This document shows positions 33,841 through 42,382 of a DNA stretch of 64,000 nt, piece by piece; positions within the stretch are counted from its first letter, which is position 1; each line of letters starts with the position of its first letter. This stretch comes from Alphaproteobacteria bacterium (GTDB lineage: Bacteria; Pseudomonadota; Alphaproteobacteria; UBA1280; UBA6503), in contig JAJFIW010000036.1 of NCBI GenBank assembly GCA_021774615.1, forward strand, positions 37,318 through 101,317, written 5' to 3'. The notes beneath the pieces were generated by a model. The model searched no databases and was not told the DNA's origin. It saw only the letters and a list, made by a program, of their open reading frames with translations. The translations under genes were made by a program, and so were the position numbers.

Positions 33841-34625
33841 TAACTAGCAAGCTTTCTTGTTGGTTTTTTGCGGTCAACACCTTCTATGGCAGATCTCTCT
33901 TCATCTAAGTCTGGAGTTAGTCTTGCGACCCATGGGTACAGTCTAACTTCTTCGCCAGTGTAGCCAAGGTTAAATACAGTTGGGCTTTTACCACCTTGGT
34001 CTTTTGCTGATGGTTTAAATGTACCAAATAGCATGTCTGGCCAAAAGGTAATAATACCAAAGTTAACATTTTCGTTGAAAAAATGGTGCTGTAGGTGCCA
34101 ACGCTTAATTTTTCTGAAAAATGCTGTTTTTGGCTCGTAGTTTAAATGTTGCCCACAATGGCAAAACTCGTAAATACAAGTCATGATGATGCCAGCACTA
34201 ATTGCGGTTGCCATACCGGCCAACCCACCGATAGCATAGCCAATAGGTGATGTTGCAATAAAAATTGTAGGTAGTGTTGTGTACAGCGCGCCAAAAAGTA
34301 CTTTAAGGTCGTAAGGGTCGCGGTGGTGGTCAAAGTGGATACGTTTCCAAGCGGTTGCTGTTATCTTAGAGCGATACAGGAACTGACCATGCAGTATATA
34401 GCGGTGTAGCAAATACCAAACCATCGGGTAGGCGACTGCTACTGCTAGTATTATATAACCAGTAGTGCTTGCTTCAATCCCCCAATGCCATGCCAAATAG
34501 CCGCTAACTGCTGCCAAAACTAGGTAAATATGAATATCTAAGTACATAAAAAATGCTACAAAAAGGTCTTTAAGGTTCATTTCGTCAAGACGATAGTCTT
34601 GTTTCCAAATGTTAAGTGCTTTCAT
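33840..34625 (-). CDS. Fatty acid hydroxylase superfamily membrane enzyme (sphingolipid/sterol desaturase-hydroxylase-like)
   Basis: Di-iron histidine boxes HFDHHRDPYD, HCGQHLNY and HLQHHFF, with 3-4 TM helices. Confidence 0.75.
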   Translation of the reverse strand: MKALNIWKQDYRLDEMNLKDLFVAFFMYLDIHIYLVLAAVSGYLAWHWGIEASTTGYIILAVAVAYPMVWYLLHRYILHGQFLYRSKITATAWKRIHFDHHRDPYDLKVLFGALYTTLPTIFIATSPIGYAIGGLAGMATAISAGIIMTCIYEFCHCGQHLNYEPKTAFFRKIKRWHLQHHFFNENVNFGIITFWPDMLFGTFKPSAKDQGGKSPTVFNLGYTGEEVRLYPWVARLTPDLDEERSAIEGVDRKKPTRKLAS

Positions 34626-34768
34626 AATAACTACCTATACTGTTTTCTATAGTTAGAAAATACTCCTTACGAGTAAAAAGTCAAATCTGAAAAGTAGATG
34701 TTGGAGTCATTATTTATTAAGTGGTACTATATGGGTAATAATATTTCTAAGAAAGAAAGATCATTACC

Positions 34769-35998
34769 ATGTTCAAGATACCTGCAACTGCTGCCGATTT
34801 TCATGCAGAATTAACAGATCTACAGCAAAAATTCCAAGCGATGGAGCCAGAGCTAGAGCTGACCATCCGTGATCCTGAAATGGGGGTAGAAGGCTATGTT
34901 GTAGTGTGGAATACAGGCATTAGCCTTGGCGGGGCTTTACCAGCTTGTGGTAAAGGCGGAACACGAGTTACTAAGGACTTAAAGCTAGATGATGTTAAAC
35001 GCCTAGCACGAGCTATGGCTGAGAAAAATGCAGCAGCAGGCTTGCCTTTAGGCGGGGCAAAGTCTGGGTTGCGCCTTGATCCGACATCTCCAGATTACGA
35101 AAAAAAATATCGCCGTTTTGTCGAACTCTGTAAGCCAATTTTACATGAGCATGGCGGTATCTTTGGTGGTTTCGGCTATGATGTGGGGTGTATCCCGCCT
35201 AAAAATGCAATTTGGGCATGCGACCAACTAAAAAGTAACCGTAGCTTTACAGGTAAACCTGTAGATATGGGCGGTACAGACTATGACAAAGAGGGGATAG
35301 CAGGTCTTGGGGTTGCTGTTGCTGCTAAAACCCTTATTGAAGAAAATGGCAATACTGCCCAAGGCAGTACGTTCGCAGTACAAGGAGTAGGCGCAATGGG
35401 CGCAGCTATTATCCGTTACTTTGTTGATTATGGCGGAGTTTTAAAATACCTATCCGATCCTAAATACGGCGGAACATGGGGCATAAATAACACTCCATCA
35501 GCTGATCTTATCGACGCACTAGCCCATCAGAAAAAAGATATAGCTATCGACTTACTAGCAAAAGAGGCTACAAAAATATCAGACGACTGCACCGAAGCTC
35601 TCTATGCAGATGTTGATGTGCTATTCCCTAGTGCTATGGAAGATGTTTTGCATAAAGGTAATGCAGCTAAAGTTAAAGCTAAATTTATGGTAGAGGGGGC
35701 TAATAACCCAACCACAGCCGAAGCACACCAAATCTTGTTTGATAAAGGCATTAAAGCCGTGCCAGACATTATTTCTAACCCTGGTGGGATTATTGCAGCA
35801 TTTGTTGAGCTTACCTCAAAAGCAACCTCAGAAGAAAATGTAAAAACACACATTAACGTGACAAACGCTAAAGAAATGACCATTACCAAGGTATCAGAAA
35901 ATACTAAAAAATTAGTTAATATAGTGAACACTCTAAAAGTGCGCCCAGACCTAGCAGGCGACTATATGGCATACCGTAATATTTTTTATGGGCTGTAA
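34769..35998 (+). CDS. Glu/Leu/Phe/Val-family amino acid dehydrogenase (glutamate dehydrogenase-like)
   Basis: Catalytic Lys region GLPLGGAKSG and Rossmann motif FAVQGVGAMGAA. Confidence 0.75.
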   Translation: MFKIPATAADFHAELTDLQQKFQAMEPELELTIRDPEMGVEGYVVVWNTGISLGGALPACGKGGTRVTKDLKLDDVKRLARAMAEKNAAAGLPLGGAKSGLRLDPTSPDYEKKYRRFVELCKPILHEHGGIFGGFGYDVGCIPPKNAIWACDQLKSNRSFTGKPVDMGGTDYDKEGIAGLGVAVAAKTLIEENGNTAQGSTFAVQGVGAMGAAIIRYFVDYGGVLKYLSDPKYGGTWGINNTPSADLIDALAHQKKDIAIDLLAKEATKISDDCTEALYADVDVLFPSAMEDVLHKGNAAKVKAKFMVEGANNPTTAEAHQILFDKGIKAVPDIISNPGGIIAAFVELTSKATSEENVKTHINVTNAKEMTITKVSENTKKLVNIVNTLKVRPDLAGDYMAYRNIFYGL

Positions 35999-36001
35999 GC
36001 T

Positions 36002-36039
36002 AAAAAGCCCTATGTGTTTAAGTACATAGGGCTTCTTTT
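36002..36039. terminator. Bidirectional terminator (aaaaagccctatgtgtttaagtacatagggcttctttt)
   Basis: 11-bp inverted repeat flanked by A and T tracts, between convergent genes. Confidence 0.75.
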
Positions 36040-36051
36040 AGGTTGCATTAT

Positions 36052-37434
36052 TTAAGCAAGTGCTTGCTCTTTTTCTTTACTTTTTTGTGGTTTGTTATTC
36101 TCGCGATAATTACTTACTTGCGCTTCTATTTCTTGCGCGTCATCAACAACAACCATTGCTGCATGTACGACACTTCCATCCTTAAGCTTACTTGAGTGAG
36201 TTACAGTTTTTAGCCCTGTCTCATTTTGTATTTTTTCGGCTATGGCTTCTGCACCTTCTCTAGTTTCGGATGTAACATATACACTGGGGTGTTCTTCCCC
36301 TTGGATCCCATGACTAGTATAAGCTGAATGGCCTCTCGGTAATTTATTGTCTTGAATTACGCTTGAAACTTTATTTGCTGCACGAAGTTGTGCTCTGTAC
36401 TGTTCGTCATTAACCTGTTCATTTTTAACTAATGTTGGGTTTTCCTCATTTAAAACCTGAGGGTCATAATTATCAGGATATACTTTTGGGGTATTAACAG
36501 ATTTTGTTAGCGTCTCTTCTCGACGCACTAGATCTTCATCTGTTTTAGCTGATAGCTTATGCATAAGCTTGTCATTCTTATCTTTTGCTTCAAGGTAGTT
36601 ACCTATTTGTACAGTTACTTCTCGTGGGTCTTCTACAATTAGCATCGCCATGTGCTGAGTTGTACCGTCTTCAAGTTTTTTGGATGCTGTGACAAAATTT
36701 AAGCCAGTTTGTTCTTTTAGGTCATTTGCTACTGCTTGAGCAGCTTCTTGAGTATCCCCACAGTTAATACGTACATTAGGGTGTTTTGCACCACCATTAC
36801 CACCGTCAATGCTGCAAGATAGGTGGCTTGGTAGCAAACCACCACTCTTATTTCTTAGTAAGTTGCCAACATCCTGTGCTGCTGTCATTTTTTCTTTATA
36901 TCTTGTAAGAGATACCTCTTTACAAGGGTTTGGCGAGTCTTCAACAGCATAGTCTTTGCCAGTTTTTCTTTCTTCGTTATAACTAGCATATTTACTGCCC
37001 TCAACCATTTTATGACCTTTTGGGGGCTTAGATATAGGTATGCCTAATTCTTTAAATTGTTGCTCAATCTCGTACAGCTCTTTCTCCCAATATGCAGTAT
37101 CTTTTCCGTCTGCATGTACTAAAAGACCTTCTTCAGAGTTTGGGTTTATCCGTAAATCATTTTCGCCTCTAATCGGAACATCAACTACTGGGGAATCATC
37201 TTTTTCTGTGACTATACGTCCTAGAACAATGCCATAGCCTTTAGCTTCATCACCTTTACCTATTTTAAAACCAAAGTGGTAGCCTTTAAATACTCTTTTC
37301 TCACCTGGCTTGGCAGTCCTAAATTTTTCACTATCATATACAAACCCGCTACCTGTATAGTCACAATCAGGTAATTGACCACTTGCTTCCAATTGGTTGG
37401 TTATATCTTCTCTTGTATATTTAGATTCTACCAT
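36052..37434 (-). CDS. Hypothetical protein with an internal tandem duplication of a ~60-aa domain (effector-like)
   Basis: 460 aa. Two homologous modules: CGDTQEAAQAVANDLKEQTGLNFVTASKKLEDGTTQHMAMLIVEDPREVTVQIGNYLE and SETREGAEAIAEKIQNETGLKTVTHSSKLKDGSVVHAAMVVVDDAQEIEAQVSNYRE. No known catalytic motif. Confidence 0.5.
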   Translation of the reverse strand: MVESKYTREDITNQLEASGQLPDCDYTGSGFVYDSEKFRTAKPGEKRVFKGYHFGFKIGKGDEAKGYGIVLGRIVTEKDDSPVVDVPIRGENDLRINPNSEEGLLVHADGKDTAYWEKELYEIEQQFKELGIPISKPPKGHKMVEGSKYASYNEERKTGKDYAVEDSPNPCKEVSLTRYKEKMTAAQDVGNLLRNKSGGLLPSHLSCSIDGGNGGAKHPNVRINCGDTQEAAQAVANDLKEQTGLNFVTASKKLEDGTTQHMAMLIVEDPREVTVQIGNYLEAKDKNDKLMHKLSAKTDEDLVRREETLTKSVNTPKVYPDNYDPQVLNEENPTLVKNEQVNDEQYRAQLRAANKVSSVIQDNKLPRGHSAYTSHGIQGEEHPSVYVTSETREGAEAIAEKIQNETGLKTVTHSSKLKDGSVVHAAMVVVDDAQEIEAQVSNYRENNKPQKSKEKEQALA

Positions 37435-37658
37435 TGTAAAAGCCCTATGTTTTGTTTCCCATATACAAGTGATGTGTTCTTTTTTTATAAAAACAAGCCC
37501 CTTAGAGACAACAAAATGAGGATAGGGGTAGGGGATTTATTTTATAATTACATTCTGAATACTTGAAAAACTAAGAATAATCCCAACAATAAGCAGTACA
37601 TACAGAAACATCTTTATTTATTTTTATATTTTTGGGCATTGCCCGAGGAAAATTAATC

Positions 37659-37904
37659 ATGAACAAAAGAAATAAAAGAAATAACCAGAAGCCTAAATTG
37701 TCATTTCAGGTAAAAACAACTAATGGAACCGTAAGTTTTTATGGCCCATACTTGTTATGCTTTATATTGGCTTTTATGCTTTTCTTTGCACTTAACGGTG
37801 CAGGTTGGTTTTTATCCCTGTTTTTAGGGGGATTTTCTGGTTTATTGACTGGGGTCACAGCAATGGCAGCATATGCTGTCTATTTAACTGAACCTAAACA
37901 TTAA
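37659..37904 (+). CDS. Small membrane protein, tandem family member 1 (82 aa from the conserved start)
   Basis: Start chosen at the ATG preceded by the conserved AGGAAAA RBS. Basic N-terminus MNKRNKRNNQKPK, then two hydrophobic helices. Confidence 0.5.
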   Translation: MNKRNKRNNQKPKLSFQVKTTNGTVSFYGPYLLCFILAFMLFFALNGAGWFLSLFLGGFSGLLTGVTAMAAYAVYLTEPKH

Positions 37905-37924
37905 CGAAAAAACGTTTAATCGTT

Positions 37925-37951
37925 CCCCGTCTCTGGCGGGGTTATTTTTTT
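37925..37951 (+). terminator. Rho-independent terminator ccccgtctctggcgggg + T-tract
   Basis: Seen directly, 20 nt after the stop of member 1. Confidence 0.7.
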
Positions 37952-38104
37952 GTGGTGACTAATGAGAAGAACCATAGAAACCCCCATAAAAAATAATAAG
38001 TACAGACACTTTAAAATATCTATAACCATCCCTATAATGAAGTGTGAACATAGAAACATCTATTATTTTTTTAAATTTTGGGTATTGCCCGAGGAAAATT
38101 AATT

Positions 38105-38302
38105 ATGCAGAAAAAAGGAATCATTATGTTTAATGGCCCATATGTGTTGTTTTTTATGGCGCTTTTTGTGGTCACCTTTGCAACCAATGGAGCTAGTATG
38201 GTTGACTCTCTAACTTTCGGGAGTTTTTTTGGTTCCCTTTTTGGGGCTACAGTTATGGCAGGCTATGCTAAGCTTAGTTATAGCTATTACCCTGATTATT
38301 AA
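38105..38302 (+). CDS. Small membrane protein, tandem family member 2 (65 aa)
   Basis: Conserved RBS/start context. FNGPYVLFF resembles FYGPYLLCF of member 1. Confidence 0.5.
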   Translation: MQKKGIIMFNGPYVLFFMALFVVTFATNGASMVDSLTFGSFFGSLFGATVMAGYAKLSYSYYPDY

Positions 38303-38383
38303 TTCCACACACAAGTAGAATGGTGGATTTGCCAGCATTTGCTCAAGTAATATGCTTTTTTAACGAAAAAACGTTTAATCGTT

Positions 38384-38410
38384 CCCCGTCTTTGGCGGGG
38401 TTATTTTTTT
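38384..38410 (+). terminator. Rho-independent terminator ccccgtctttggcgggg + T-tract
   Basis: Near-identical to the terminator at 37925. Confidence 0.7.
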
Positions 38411-38551
38411 GTAGTAACTAATGAGGAAACACCTATCAAAAATAGGTATAGATACTTTAAAGCACCCATAACCATCCCTATAATAAGTAGTACATACAGA
38501 AACATCTTTATTTATTCTTAAATTTTTGGGCATTGCCCTAGGAAAATTATC

Positions 38552-38812
38552 ATGAAACAAAGACACAAAAGGAACAAAAAAACAGTATCTGCAAAAAGCG
38601 TTACTTGTACTTTGCAGTTTCAATGGTGGAACCTTTTAGGTTTTGCTGGTTTGGCTTATTTGTTTACAGATAAGGCCATAGCATCTGGAGCAGAATTTGC
38701 TCCTGCCATTATAAATGGTCTGCTCAACGCATCTGCATTAACAATTATCGGAGTCGGATTGATCCTAATAGTATGCGGGTTATTTGGTAGAACTGTTGTT
38801 TTACTGAAATAA
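38552..38812 (+). CDS. Small membrane protein, tandem family member 3 (86 aa)
   Basis: Conserved upstream 5'UTR. Basic N-terminus MKQRHKRNKK, then two TM helices. Confidence 0.5.
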   Translation: MKQRHKRNKKTVSAKSVTCTLQFQWWNLLGFAGLAYLFTDKAIASGAEFAPAIINGLLNASALTIIGVGLILIVCGLFGRTVVLLK

Positions 38813-38850
38813 GGCTCTTAACGAGAAGCGATTTTTTATTTATCGTTTCA

Positions 38851-38877
38851 CCCGTCACTTGTGGCGGGTTTTTTTTT
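38851..38877. terminator. Terminator cccgtcacttgtggcggg + T9, likely bidirectional (also downstream of lptG)
   Basis: Seen directly between convergent genes. Confidence 0.65.
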
Positions 38878-38883
38878 ATGGTG

Positions 38884-39975
38884 CTACTTAGAAAAGCGTG
38901 ACTCTTTCCATAATGTATAGGTAATAAGGGCTATACCAAATATTATCGATGGCAGCCATACGGCCAAAGTAGGGGGGAACTCGCCACCTTCACCAAAGGA
39001 TAAGGCAATTCGCTCGCCTACAAAAAATAAAAACCCGATTATAATAATACCTGCACTAAGCACTGTTTTATTTGTGTGCCGAGGGCTCATAAATAAAAGT
39101 GGGACTGCGATTAAGATCATAATTAAAGTGCTGAATGGCTGGGAGAACCTACGTTGCAGCCATGTATCATAGTAATAGTTGCGGCTATCAGTTAGGTGGT
39201 TGGCTGTTGTTAGTGCTAATAGCTCGGGAAGGGTCATTTCATCAATTTTTTTATTGAAAACAGCTAAATCTTCTGGGGTAGAATTTAAATTTATAGGGTG
39301 TTCTTTAAAGCTAGAGATTTTGCCCGAATCTAAGTTTTTCTCGGTTACGTCGTGTAATATCCATTTAGAATTTGCATCGTAAGTAGCTTTACTTGCAGTG
39401 GTGTATGTTTCTAGCCTACCTAGTTTATCACGCTCAACTAATTTAATATTGAGGAGAGTACTTCCAGTATCATTTGCATCTTCAGCAAATAGGATAAGCT
39501 CATCAATTGTAAACCAAGCAGGGTAGCGGCTGATATTTGTCTGAGCTGTTACTTCTCTATAGTCGTTATTAGCCCAGATGCGCAGTTTCTCTGATGTATC
39601 GAGTACTACCGTGTTAAGAAATATAAAATGTAACGTTGCTAAAAATATACCGCCACCAATAAATACGCCTACAATACGTAGCAAACGTATGCCCGAACTC
39701 ATTATGGCGGTTATTTCTAGGTGGCTGTGGAACCGACTATATACAGACATTGCAGCTAACATCCCAGCCATAGGAATAACCAACGAGATTATCTGTGGTA
39801 AACGTAGTATGGCATATAGCCCTGTGGCCTCAAAAATTGGCATGCCTCCACCGAGGATACTATCGCTCTGGGCTAGAATATCAAACACTAAAAAAAGCAA
39901 AGCTAATACCAATGAAAATGCCAAAGAGGCATTAATAAAATGCTTAAGTAGATAGTATCGTAAAATTGAAGACAC
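38884..39975 (-). CDS. lptG: LPS export ABC transporter permease LptG
   Basis: 363 aa YjgP/YjgQ-family permease with a periplasmic beta-jellyroll insert, adjacent to lptF. Confidence 0.85.
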   Translation of the reverse strand: MSSILRYYLLKHFINASLAFSLVLALLFLVFDILAQSDSILGGGMPIFEATGLYAILRLPQIISLVIPMAGMLAAMSVYSRFHSHLEITAIMSSGIRLLRIVGVFIGGGIFLATLHFIFLNTVVLDTSEKLRIWANNDYREVTAQTNISRYPAWFTIDELILFAEDANDTGSTLLNIKLVERDKLGRLETYTTASKATYDANSKWILHDVTEKNLDSGKISSFKEHPINLNSTPEDLAVFNKKIDEMTLPELLALTTANHLTDSRNYYYDTWLQRRFSQPFSTLIMILIAVPLLFMSPRHTNKTVLSAGIIIIGFLFFVGERIALSFGEGGEFPPTLAVWLPSIIFGIALITYTLWKESRFSK

Positions 39976-39995
39976 AGCTTAAACTTCTTTTCTAG

Positions 39996-41153
39996 TTAGT
40001 GTTTACGTTTACGTGGGCGTTTAAAGAAAGACATAACATATCTATAAGGTGGTGCATCCATCCAGACCGCAATTAGTGTTGCGGTGATAATAGCCAGAAT
40101 AGACAAAGGTGTCCACAACCCTGTCCATGTAGACAAACTACCGAGTGCGGCAAAGGCTTCGCCGAAACCGAGTATTTTCTCGTACAGAATAAGAATAACT
40201 ACCCCCAAACCAATCCCATAAGCACGCCCCGTACGCCCAGAACCAACTAAGGCTAAGGGTATCGCTAGTAATGCTAGTATTGGGACTGATAATACTAAAA
40301 CAATACGGCTATGTAACTCGGCTTTCATTTCAAGGAATGGTGCTTTGGTTAAAACACCTTGTACTCCTTCTGAGAACAATTCTACCAAAGTCATCTCGCG
40401 GCTTTCTTGCCCACGGTTGCCATATTCTTCGATGTTGTCTAGTGGGGGGCTCCAGTAAAATTGGCTAAAGCTAATGGTAGCGGCTGTATTATTAGTGCTA
40501 CTTTCCCGAACCATTTTACCATTTTTTAATAACAGGGTAAAATCGCTCTCGGGGTTGGCAGATTCGGTAACTCGCACTGCTTCTTGTGCGGTTATAATAG
40601 TACGGTTGCCGTTATCGTTGGTTGAGGCAAAGAAACCAGTAAAGAACTTACCACCTTGGCTAACTGTTTCTGCCCGTAGGGTAATGTCACTCCCGAGGCT
40701 TTCAAAAATACCAGGGCGAAGGTTGGTTAGCATTTGCGATTTTGTAAGCTCCCAAACAGACAAATGATAAGCATAACGGGCGTAAGGTTGCACAAAACCA
40801 ATTAAAATAAGCATTAAAATAGTAACTACTGTAGCTAACGCCATAACTGGACGGATGATTTGCTCTAGCGATAGTCCAGTTGAGAAAATAGCAGTTAATT
40901 CAGAGTCTTGTTGTAACTTCCTGATGCTAATCATCAGTGCAATAAATAATGCTGCTGGCAACGCTGTACCAAGGTAATGGGGGATAAGATACCACAACAG
41001 TTTAAAGGCACTTATAATAGGTGTGCCTTCTTCTGTAACCAATTGCACCAAGCGCATTAGCCGCTCTAAAACAAGTGTTATTAAAATAATAAATAACGCC
41101 ATAATAAACGGCGGGGTTACTCGGCGCAGCAGATATACTGTTAATTGCGACAT
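39996..41153 (-). CDS. lptF: LPS export ABC transporter permease LptF
   Basis: 385 aa YjgP/YjgQ family with N-terminus MSQLTVYLLRRVTPPFIMALF. Confidence 0.85.
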   Translation of the reverse strand: MSQLTVYLLRRVTPPFIMALFIILITLVLERLMRLVQLVTEEGTPIISAFKLLWYLIPHYLGTALPAALFIALMISIRKLQQDSELTAIFSTGLSLEQIIRPVMALATVVTILMLILIGFVQPYARYAYHLSVWELTKSQMLTNLRPGIFESLGSDITLRAETVSQGGKFFTGFFASTNDNGNRTIITAQEAVRVTESANPESDFTLLLKNGKMVRESSTNNTAATISFSQFYWSPPLDNIEEYGNRGQESREMTLVELFSEGVQGVLTKAPFLEMKAELHSRIVLVLSVPILALLAIPLALVGSGRTGRAYGIGLGVVILILYEKILGFGEAFAALGSLSTWTGLWTPLSILAIITATLIAVWMDAPPYRYVMSFFKRPRKRKH

Positions 41154-41168
41154 GTAGTTTCCTTGTGA

Positions 41169-41600
41169 TTATTTATCTATAAAGCTCTTAAGTAGAGCTG
41201 TAACTTCTAATAATGCTTTGTCATCTAGTGTAACACCTTCGGCCATGTCTGGTGTTTTGGGCCATCCGTGGTCTATTGCTGCTACAGTTCCTAATTGTCG
41301 TACACCTTCATACCTAGGGAGTACATGAAAATGTACATGTGGGTCAACCATCATTAGCATTAAATAGTTTATTTTTTCAAAGTCTACAGCATCTTTTAAT
41401 GCTTTTTCTAGGTCAGCAGTTACTACGCTTAGCTCGCACATTGCTTCTGCTGAGATGTTGGCAAAGGATGTTGCTTCTTCTTTACAAATTAGCACCAATG
41501 CACCAGCAGTTGCTTGCTTGCGGCGGGTTTGGATTGTCCAATGGTCGTATTCTTTAATAAGACTATTTGGGTAATCAAATGTTGTCATGGTTTTGTTCAT
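41169..41600 (-). CDS. HIT-family (histidine triad) nucleotide hydrolase/transferase
   Basis: HxHxHxx motif HVHFHVLPRY. Confidence 0.7.
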   Translation of the reverse strand: MNKTMTTFDYPNSLIKEYDHWTIQTRRKQATAGALVLICKEEATSFANISAEAMCELSVVTADLEKALKDAVDFEKINYLMLMMVDPHVHFHVLPRYEGVRQLGTVAAIDHGWPKTPDMAEGVTLDDKALLEVTALLKSFIDK

Positions 41601-41689
41601 TATGGAGCCAACTATTTTTTTTAATATCGCGTTATATTGCTGTTTATGCTATAAGTATGAGTTGCTTCAATCAATGGGAAAATAACAAA

Positions 41690-42331
41690 ATGTACTTACA
41701 AAAGCATATTTTCGCAATATTAGTCTTTGCTCTGTTGTTTTTGGGTTCTACTCCAGTAAATTCTGCAGACAATAACGAGGTTAAGTATTTTTATGATATT
41801 TTAAAAGATGGCCATAAAATAGGCGTGTACAACTTTATTGTAACCGAAAATGGTACAGAAAAAACAATCCACGCTGGGATGAAAATAAAAGTTAAAGTAT
41901 TTTTTGTTACCGCATATAAAGCTAGCCATTCTCGTACAGAAATTTATAAAAATGACAAACTAATATCTATTGATGGTTCTTCTATATATAACGGTAAAGA
42001 CTATAAAATTAGCTATGCGCCAGACAGAACGTTAGTAACCAATGGCAATAAAATGCTATTGGAGAAACGAGGTGTTACGGTTAGCCCTTTTATACAAAAC
42101 GATGATGATGAAGCCTTTATTATTACTGAAAAAGGTAAAGCAAAACTTGCAACTTTTAAAAAAGTTGGCGAAGAAATAATTAAAGTGTCGGGTAAAAAGA
42201 CTACTGCTTTACACTATAAGGTTACTGGCTCTGTAGAAAGGGATTTATGGTACGATAAAAATGGAATACTTCTTACTCTATCATACCTTAAAGATGGGTC
42301 TGTTATTAGTTTTAGGCGCCATTCTTTGTAA
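41690..42331 (+). CDS. Secreted hypothetical protein
   Basis: Signal peptide MYLQKHIFAILVFALLFLGSTPVNSA. Start chosen at 41690 (GGGA RBS) rather than the ORF extension from 41567, which overlaps the HIT gene. Confidence 0.45.
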   Translation: MYLQKHIFAILVFALLFLGSTPVNSADNNEVKYFYDILKDGHKIGVYNFIVTENGTEKTIHAGMKIKVKVFFVTAYKASHSRTEIYKNDKLISIDGSSIYNGKDYKISYAPDRTLVTNGNKMLLEKRGVTVSPFIQNDDDEAFIITEKGKAKLATFKKVGEEIIKVSGKKTTALHYKVTGSVERDLWYDKNGILLTLSYLKDGSVISFRRHSL

Positions 42332-42382
42332 CTAAATCTAAAAATATACTAATAATTTAGTTATTACATAGGAAAAAAAATA

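Larger units (their letters stand above)
37590..38880 (+). repeat. Three tandem ~450-bp units, each comprising promoter-like element + conserved 5'UTR + small membrane-protein ORF + hairpin terminator
   Basis: Shared blocks: catacagaaacatct, ttttgggcattgccc(g/t)aggaaaatta, aacgaaaaaacgtttaatcgttccccgtct(c/t)tggcggggttattttttt. Confidence 0.8.

Noticed and set aside
41567-41689. N-terminal extension of the secreted hypothetical protein overlapping the HIT gene start
   Set aside because: The extension overlaps the HIT-family gene on the opposite strand. A canonical signal peptide begins at the internal Met (41690), which has an RBS.
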